From NCBI GenBank assembly GCA_965203905.1, contig CBDBDQ010000005.1, positions 3,072,001 through 3,136,000 on the forward strand: DNA of 64,000 nt, in the 5' to 3' direction. Under the pieces are notes generated by a model. It was not told the DNA's origin. It saw nothing but the letters and a program-made list of their open reading frames with translations, and did not search any database. This stretch comes from Spirochaetia bacterium (lineage in GTDB: Bacteria; Spirochaetota; Spirochaetia; SZUA-6; Bin103). Below are positions 58,386 to 64,000 of the stretch, piece after piece; the stretch's first letter is position 1; every line of letters begins with the position of its first letter. A program made the position numbers and the translations under genes.

Positions 58386-58679
58386 TCAGGACAGGAGAAA
58401 CCGGATTGCCTCTGCACGGCCCGGTCGAACCATTGCGTGCGGCAGGTTGTCGAGCAGCCAGTCGCGCGGAAACAGGCGCAGAACCGGCCACGCGGCAACG
58501 CGCAGCGCCTCGCGGGTGTACTTGCGGAGAACTTCTGGCTTCTGGAGAAGCGCCGGAAGTCTGTCTTGCGTAGGGTGCTTGAGGATGCCCGTGACCACAG
58601 GGATGCTCAAGAGAGTGCCGTCTGCCAGCTTCACGTCTACTGTCGGAGCCCGTTCAACGTATCGCAACGACCGTTTCAA
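58386..58679 (-). CDS. Hypothetical basic protein (97 aa) coupled to the nucleotidyltransferase
   Basis: TTG start overlapping the upstream TGA; MKRSLRYVE…AIRFLLS. Confidence 0.65.
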   Translation of the reverse strand: MKRSLRYVERAPTVDVKLADGTLLSIPVVTGILKHPTQDRLPALLQKPEVLRKYTREALRVAAWPVLRLFPRDWLLDNLPHAMVRPGRAEAIRFLLS

Positions 58680-59371
58680 CGGCTCGCTTCCTTCAGCCAG
58701 GAGAGCAGCAGATCCCGCATGTGGCAAGCATCCAATGGATCGACGTCCTCGTAGGAGGCAAGATCTCGCCGAATACCTTCATCGTCCCAGGTCAACAGCC
58801 GTTCTGTGAGCAGCAGCGCATCCTGCCGTGCAACCGCGTTCCGCATGAGAGCTTCAAGCTCGGGGCGAAGCGTCAATGTGGCCCGCAGATCGACGAGGTC
58901 TCGTGCCTCGGCTCGTTCCACGATGCACTGTACCTTGTCCTGAACATAGCGGCGGAGGGTAATCCTGCGAAATGCCGGCACCAAAGTCGCCTTGACGAGC
59001 TCGGAGGGTGGCGTCTCCTCAAAGCTGGACAGGACTTCTACGGCGATGCTCTCCCCCGAGGCAAGCGTCAGGATCCCTCGGAATCCGGATCCGAACTCGT
59101 CCGGAGCCTGCACCAGCTCGAAGCCTTCGCCGAACGCGCCCTGTAACTCGGCGAGCAGTGGCCGAGTGTCAACCATCGCCCGGCGGGTGTGGAAGTCAAG
59201 GTCGAACGAACCGCGGTGATGCAGCTCTTCCGCGGCTATGCACGAGGTTCCCGCCCAGTAGCACGCCCGCCTGAGGCGGGGGCACCGGTCCTTCAGCGTC
59301 TCCAGGGCGACGGTGATGCTGCGGAGCTCCTCGGACTCTGCTGTGTCTCCGCCTCGCCGGGCCATGTTCAA
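58676..59371 (-). CDS. AbiEii/AbiGii-family nucleotidyltransferase
   Basis: AGTS…HHRGSFDLDF, DKVQCIVERAEARDLVDL. Confidence 0.82.
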   Translation of the reverse strand: MNMARRGGDTAESEELRSITVALETLKDRCPRLRRACYWAGTSCIAAEELHHRGSFDLDFHTRRAMVDTRPLLAELQGAFGEGFELVQAPDEFGSGFRGILTLASGESIAVEVLSSFEETPPSELVKATLVPAFRRITLRRYVQDKVQCIVERAEARDLVDLRATLTLRPELEALMRNAVARQDALLLTERLLTWDDEGIRRDLASYEDVDPLDACHMRDLLLSWLKEASR

Positions 59372-59394
59372 AGACTATACTGCCGGGCGCGGCG

Positions 59395-60489
59395 CTACTT
59401 GTAGGGGTCGGCGGCGTCGCGCAGGCCGTCGCCGACGAAGTTGAAGGCGAGCACGGCGACGATCACGAAGATCCCCGGCACCAGGAGCCAGGGGTAGAGG
59501 AACAGCGTGGTCACGTTCTGGGCGTCGGCCAGCATGGTGCCCCAGCTCACCGCCGGCGGCCGGATTCCCACGCCCAGGAAGCTCAGGGCGGTCTCCCCCA
59601 GGATCATGGCGGGCACCGACAGGGTCAGCGAAACGATCAGGTAGCTGAGGAAGGAGGGCAGCAGGTGGCGCACCACGACGGCCGGCTCGCGCGCTCCCGC
59701 CAGGCGCGCGGCCAGGACGAAGTCGGCCTGCCGCGTCGACAGCAGCCAGCCGCGCACCACCCGCGCCAGGCCCGCCCAGCCGAAGATCGACAGGATGATG
59801 GTGATGGCGAAGTAGCGCTGGATCGAGGTCCAGCCCGATGGCAGCACCGCCGCGAACGCCATCCACAGGGGAATCTGCGGCAGCGAGACCAGGAAGTCGA
59901 TGAAGCGCTGAATCACCATGTCGACGCTGCCGCCGTAGTAACCGGAGATGCCGCCGAGAATGCAGCCCAGCAGGAAGCTCAGCAGCACCCCGACGAACCC
60001 CACCGACAGCGACACCCGCGCCGCGTACACGTTGAGCGAGTACACGTCGCGTCCGATCTCATTGGTGCCGAACGGAAAGAAGTGGCCCTCCTCCACACCG
60101 AAGAGATGGATGTTGCCGGGAATGAGCCCCAGGAGCCGGTACTCGCTGCCACGCACGAACAGGCGGATCGGCAGCGGGCGCGAGCGGTCCTCGCGGTAGC
60201 TGCGGAACCCGCTCAGCAGGTCGGTGCTGCCGCTGGTGAAGTAGACGAACGGCCGCTGCAGCCGGCCTTCGTGAAACAGCCGGGGTCGTTGCGGCGGATG
60301 GTGCTTGAGTGCCACGTCGTACTGCTTGGGTCCGGTCTGTGCAAAGAACTCGGCGAACACCGCCACGCCGTAGAAGATCGCCAGCACCATCAGCCCACCG
60401 ACCGCCAGACGGTGGTTGCGGAACTTGCGGCGCATGAGCTGCCACTGGGAGGCGACATAGTAGCTTTCGGCCTGCCTGGTGCTCGACAT
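59395..60489 (-). CDS. Peptide ABC permease (DppC-like)
   Basis: SQWQLMRRKF, GRDVYS, GDGLRDAADPY. Confidence 0.92.
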   Translation of the reverse strand: MSSTRQAESYYVASQWQLMRRKFRNHRLAVGGLMVLAIFYGVAVFAEFFAQTGPKQYDVALKHHPPQRPRLFHEGRLQRPFVYFTSGSTDLLSGFRSYREDRSRPLPIRLFVRGSEYRLLGLIPGNIHLFGVEEGHFFPFGTNEIGRDVYSLNVYAARVSLSVGFVGVLLSFLLGCILGGISGYYGGSVDMVIQRFIDFLVSLPQIPLWMAFAAVLPSGWTSIQRYFAITIILSIFGWAGLARVVRGWLLSTRQADFVLAARLAGAREPAVVVRHLLPSFLSYLIVSLTLSVPAMILGETALSFLGVGIRPPAVSWGTMLADAQNVTTLFLYPWLLVPGIFVIVAVLAFNFVGDGLRDAADPYK

Positions 60490-61484
60490 CAGGCGGTCTT
60501 GCCCTCCAGGCGGATGCGTGGATCGACCCACACCAGCAGGGCGTCGGCGAAGATCGCTCCGAGCACGGTGAGGAAGCTCAGCACCATCACGCCGCTGGCA
60601 GCGAGGAAGGTGTCCTGGGTGATGAGGGCGCTGAACAGCAGCGGACCCATGGTCTCCAGGCTCATGACGATGGCGACGATGGTCTCGCCGGAGACGATGG
60701 CCGGCAGAATGAACGACACGGTGCTGACGATCGGGTTCAGGGCGATGCGCACCGGGTACTTGAACAGCAGCCGCGGCTCATCCACGCCCTTGGCGCGGGC
60801 GGTCATCACGTACTGTTTCTGCAACTCGTCCAGCAGCACGCCGCGCATCACGCGAATCACCCCCGCGGTGCCCGAGAGCCCGATCACCAGCAGGGGGATC
60901 GGAAGATGGGTAAGGAGGTCGAGGAACTTCCCCCAGCTCCACGGGGCGAACTTGTTCTCGAAGGTGAACAGCCCGCCGATGCTCAGGCCGAACCACTTCT
61001 GCGCCGCCAGCATCAGGATCAGCGCCAGCAGAAAGCTGGGCACCGATACGCCGGCGTAGCCCAAGACCGTGGCCGTATAGTCGCCCCAGGAATACTGGCG
61101 CGTCGCCGAGTAGATGCCGATCGGGATGGCGATGGCGTAGGTGACGATCAGGGTCAGGATCGAGATCATGATCGACAACGGCAGGCGCTCGGCGATCAGG
61201 TCGCGAACCGGGCGCCGCCACTCGTAGGAGAGGCCCATCTCGCCACGGATCATCTTGCCCATCCACAGCAGGTAGCGGACGTACACCGGCCGGTCGACGC
61301 CATACTGGTGGCGCAGCGCCGCCTCCATCTCCAGGGTCACCTGCGCACCCGAGGAACGCAGCCGAGCCACCAGGTCGGTGACGTAATCGCCGGGGGGCAA
61401 CTCGATGATGAAGAAGGCCACCACGGTCACCAGCAGCAACACGACCACGGCGAACACGCCGCGCCAGAGAAAGTGACGCGCCAA
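60489..61484 (-). CDS. Peptide ABC permease (DppB-like)
   Basis: ELPPGDY, TARAKG, VDPRIR. Confidence 0.92.
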   Translation of the reverse strand: MARHFLWRGVFAVVVLLLVTVVAFFIIELPPGDYVTDLVARLRSSGAQVTLEMEAALRHQYGVDRPVYVRYLLWMGKMIRGEMGLSYEWRRPVRDLIAERLPLSIMISILTLIVTYAIAIPIGIYSATRQYSWGDYTATVLGYAGVSVPSFLLALILMLAAQKWFGLSIGGLFTFENKFAPWSWGKFLDLLTHLPIPLLVIGLSGTAGVIRVMRGVLLDELQKQYVMTARAKGVDEPRLLFKYPVRIALNPIVSTVSFILPAIVSGETIVAIVMSLETMGPLLFSALITQDTFLAASGVMVLSFLTVLGAIFADALLVWVDPRIRLEGKTA

Positions 61485-61496
61485 TCCGACAGCCTC

Positions 61497-63383
61497 CTAC
61501 CGGCGCCGCAGCTCGCCGGAGGGCGTTACGGTAATCGTGGCGTCGGCGGCGATGTCGTGCAGAACGGTGGAGCCGCCATCCGGCCACTCGATGCGGAGCT
61601 GCTCCACCCGGGTAGCGGCACCGAGGCCGAAGTGCGCGGACAGCTCGGAGGTCCCCAGAAAACCGCCGCCGCTGCCGATGCTGCGGTGTTGCCACGTTCC
61701 GTTCACCAGCACCGAGATGCGGCTGCCGAAGCCGTCTGGAGCGAGCGCGCGCCCATCGGGAGCGTAACGGGTATCCAGAAACACGCGCAGCCAATGGATG
61801 TCGGTGCCGGTGAGGTCGTTGCGGTAGAGGGTCATCGGCCCGAGCTGGTTGAAGATCAGCAGGTCCTGGTCGCCGTCGTTGTCCAGGTCGAAGCGGACCA
61901 TGCCGCGCCCCTGTCCGTCGTGGCGCAACTCGCTGTCGACGGCAACATCGATATAGCTGGGCACCCCGTCCGGTCCGACGCCCCGGTTCAGGAACAGGCG
62001 CGTCGGATCGACGACCCACTCGAACTCTCCGTCCATGTTGGGCCGGTTCCATCCGTTGGTGGTAGCCAAGTCCAGCAGTCCGTCGTGATTCACGTCCACG
62101 GCAACCACCCCCCAGCCCCAGCCACCGTCGCCCACGCCGGCGTCCGTGGCCCGCTCCTCGAACACGCCGGCGCCGCGGTTCAGGTACAGCATGTTGCCGG
62201 TGCCGCCGACCACGCTGCCGTCCGCCGACATGACGGCGGTGACGTACCAGTCGAACAGTCCGTCGTTGTTCACGTCAGCCACCACGCTGCCCATGCCGTT
62301 GCCGTCCAGCCCGGTGCCGGAGACGGCGGTGCGATCGCTGAAGGTGCCGTCGCCGTGGTTCTGCAGGTAGAGGCTGGTGCGGTAGTCGCCGGCGATGAGC
62401 AACTCGGGGTAGCGGTCGCCGTCCATGTCCGTGAAGATCGGCATGAAGCCGCGGGTCTCCAGGTTGGCCAGCCCGGCGGCGCCGGTCACGTTGTCGAAGC
62501 GGCCGCTGCCGTCGTTGGCGAACAGCACGTTGCCCTGGGTGCCGATGTGGTAACCGGTCACGAACAGGTCCAGGTCGCCGTCCATGTCGTAGTCGCCGAA
62601 GTTGGCCCCCATGCCGTCGGCGGCCCGAGGCGAGGTTTCATTGACGCCGGCGGAGCGCGCGATCTCGGTGAACAGCGGCGTGCCGTCAGCGTCGTTGCCG
62701 TCGTTGCGATACAGCCGATGGGAACCGCGCTGGGCCAGGAACCCGCTCCCCAGGCTGGTGACGAACAGGTCCAGGCGGCCGTCCGCGTCGATGTCGCCGG
62801 CGGCGGCCGCCATGCCGCGGTGGACGTGCGCCAGACCGGCCGCGGCCCCACGTTCGCGAAAGGTGCCGTCGCCGTTGTTCAGGAACAGGGCGTCCGGCTG
62901 CTGAAACCCTCCGGAGAGGAAGAACACGTCCTGCCAGCCGTCCCCGTTGAGGTCGGCAATCACGCCGCTGCCGGTCATCTCCGGGATCGCGTCGTCGTGC
63001 GCGTAACGGAAGCCGATCAGCCCGGCGCGGAAGGTAACGTCGCTGAAGCTGAGCCTCGCGGGCTCGGCGTGATGCGGGTCTGCCGGCGCGGCGCCGAGGT
63101 CCTGCTTCGGGGCAGCAGCGGCGTCGTCATCGGCCGTCTGTGCCGGGGCGTCCGTGACGCCCAGACCCGCTGTCACCAGCACCAGGCCGGCTGCCACACA
63201 TCGGCCCACGGCCGTCGCGCGCGAGCGGCACGCCGCGGCCGCGGCCTGCTTGTCTAGGCCCTGTCCGGGAGGCTGCCGGTCTCCCTTCGAGCACCCGGGA
63301 CGTTCAGAGTGGCCGGCGGGCCGCACGGCCCGGTGGCGCCGTCGCGCGGGTCTGGGCGGGAACCCGCGTGACGGCGTCCGCAT
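61497..63383 (-). CDS. CRTAC1-family protein (FG-GAP/VCBS repeats + ASPIC/UnbV); start uncertain
   Basis: Repeated DxDxDGxxD motifs; AHFGLG…IEWPDG C-terminus. Confidence 0.9.
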   Translation of the reverse strand: MRTPSRGFPPRPARRRHRAVRPAGHSERPGCSKGDRQPPGQGLDKQAAAAACRSRATAVGRCVAAGLVLVTAGLGVTDAPAQTADDDAAAAPKQDLGAAPADPHHAEPARLSFSDVTFRAGLIGFRYAHDDAIPEMTGSGVIADLNGDGWQDVFFLSGGFQQPDALFLNNGDGTFRERGAAAGLAHVHRGMAAAAGDIDADGRLDLFVTSLGSGFLAQRGSHRLYRNDGNDADGTPLFTEIARSAGVNETSPRAADGMGANFGDYDMDGDLDLFVTGYHIGTQGNVLFANDGSGRFDNVTGAAGLANLETRGFMPIFTDMDGDRYPELLIAGDYRTSLYLQNHGDGTFSDRTAVSGTGLDGNGMGSVVADVNNDGLFDWYVTAVMSADGSVVGGTGNMLYLNRGAGVFEERATDAGVGDGGWGWGVVAVDVNHDGLLDLATTNGWNRPNMDGEFEWVVDPTRLFLNRGVGPDGVPSYIDVAVDSELRHDGQGRGMVRFDLDNDGDQDLLIFNQLGPMTLYRNDLTGTDIHWLRVFLDTRYAPDGRALAPDGFGSRISVLVNGTWQHRSIGSGGGFLGTSELSAHFGLGAATRVEQLRIEWPDGGSTVLHDIAADATITVTPSGELRRR

Positions 63384-63384
63384 G

Positions 63385-64000
63385 CTACTCGTCGATGTAC
63401 CACTGCTCAGGAACGTAGTACTCCGTCTGCATGTTGGAGGGCACGTTCTTGATCCGCTTGTGGGTGATGAAGGGCCACACCCAGTCGCCCACGGTACCGA
63501 TAAAGAACAGGTTCTCCTTGTGGACGTTGACGATCTCGCGCGCCAGACGGTCGCGTTCCGCCTCGTTGGGCGCCACCGACATCTCGTCCCACAACTCGTA
63601 GATGCGCTTCACCTCGGCCGGCGGCTCTTCGCCTTCTTCACCCTTGCTCACGTACCACCTGGCCCATAGCGGGCCCCAGTTGTGGACCACGCCGTTGCCC
63701 CAGTTGTACGCCAGCAGCACCTCGGGTGCCCCGATCCACGGCCCGAGCTGGGTGTACCAGGCCGACGGCGCGCTCACCATCAGATCGTTGGCGGAGGCCT
63801 TCTCCACGTACGGGCCGCCCCCGGCGACGTTGTTCACCTGGGCGCGGATGCCGACCGCCTCCCACTGCAGGGCGACCATCTCCATGACCGACCCCCAGGG
63901 CGCGAACCAGTTGCCGCTGGTGATCTCCAGCGTCTCGATGGGCGAGCCGTCCGGGTAGGTGCGGAACCCGTCGCCGCCGCGCGTCAGGCCGAGGCCGTCG
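63385..64000 (-). CDS. ABC substrate-binding protein family 5, C-terminal part (runs off the window)
   Basis: GFRTYPDG, WEAVGI, GEEPPAEVKR, NVP…PEQWY; similar to 33241-35190. Confidence 0.88.
   Translation of the reverse strand, partial: DGLGLTRGGDGFRTYPDGSPIETLEITSGNWFAPWGSVMEMVALQWEAVGIRAQVNNVAGGGPYVEKASANDLMVSAPSAWYTQLGPWIGAPEVLLAYNWGNGVVHNWGPLWARWYVSKGEEGEEPPAEVKRIYELWDEMSVAPNEAERDRLAREIVNVHKENLFFIGTVGDWVWPFITHKRIKNVPSNMQTEYYVPEQWYIDE

Noticed and set aside
1-64000. CRISPR array, tRNA or rRNA
   Set aside because: No regularly spaced repeat-spacer units or recognisable structural RNA signatures found by eye.

Overview
High-GC bacterial chromosomal segment. The solute-binding-protein leaders (…AFAAGEEE, …ALASGQEG), the paired AAA-ATPase/PD-(D/E)XK genes and the NHL/PQQ/FG-GAP repeat proteins suggest a Spirochaetaceae-like, probably host-associated (e.g. 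sponge) metagenome bin; this is inference, not proven. The backbone is transport and catabolism: three peptide/nickel ABC permease pairs with family-5 binding proteins, one DppD/DppF pair, a sugar ABC cluster with a BNR/sialidase, three sulfatases, two HpcH aldolases, PhyH, an NHL lyase-like protein, GGT, an Ldh2 oxidoreductase, an SDR, a nitroreductase, a VOC protein and a methyltransferase. The centre (about 18-31 kb) holds two convergent paralogous GldA-GldF-GldG-DUF4340 ABC modules. A PQQ beta-propeller precedes the first, and DppDF, a PpiC foldase and an unknown secreted protein lie between them; this is the best candidate for an uncharacterised envelope-biogenesis system. Many gaps between operons are filled with broken toxin-antitoxin or defence genes (VapBC, HEPN, DUF2442, DUF5678-retropepsin, DUF262-HEPN, PemK, SNF2 helicase), and toxic or catalytic parts are repeatedly removed by internal deletions. 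Other notable elements: a 384-bp MITE with perfect 41-bp terminal inverted repeats, a lower-GC block of about 12 kb bracketed by a duplicated relE/pemK junction, and an AbiEii-like nucleotidyltransferase coupled to an unknown downstream partner. No rRNA, tRNA, CRISPR array, integrase or transposase was recognised. All family calls are by-eye motif recognition; no searches were run.
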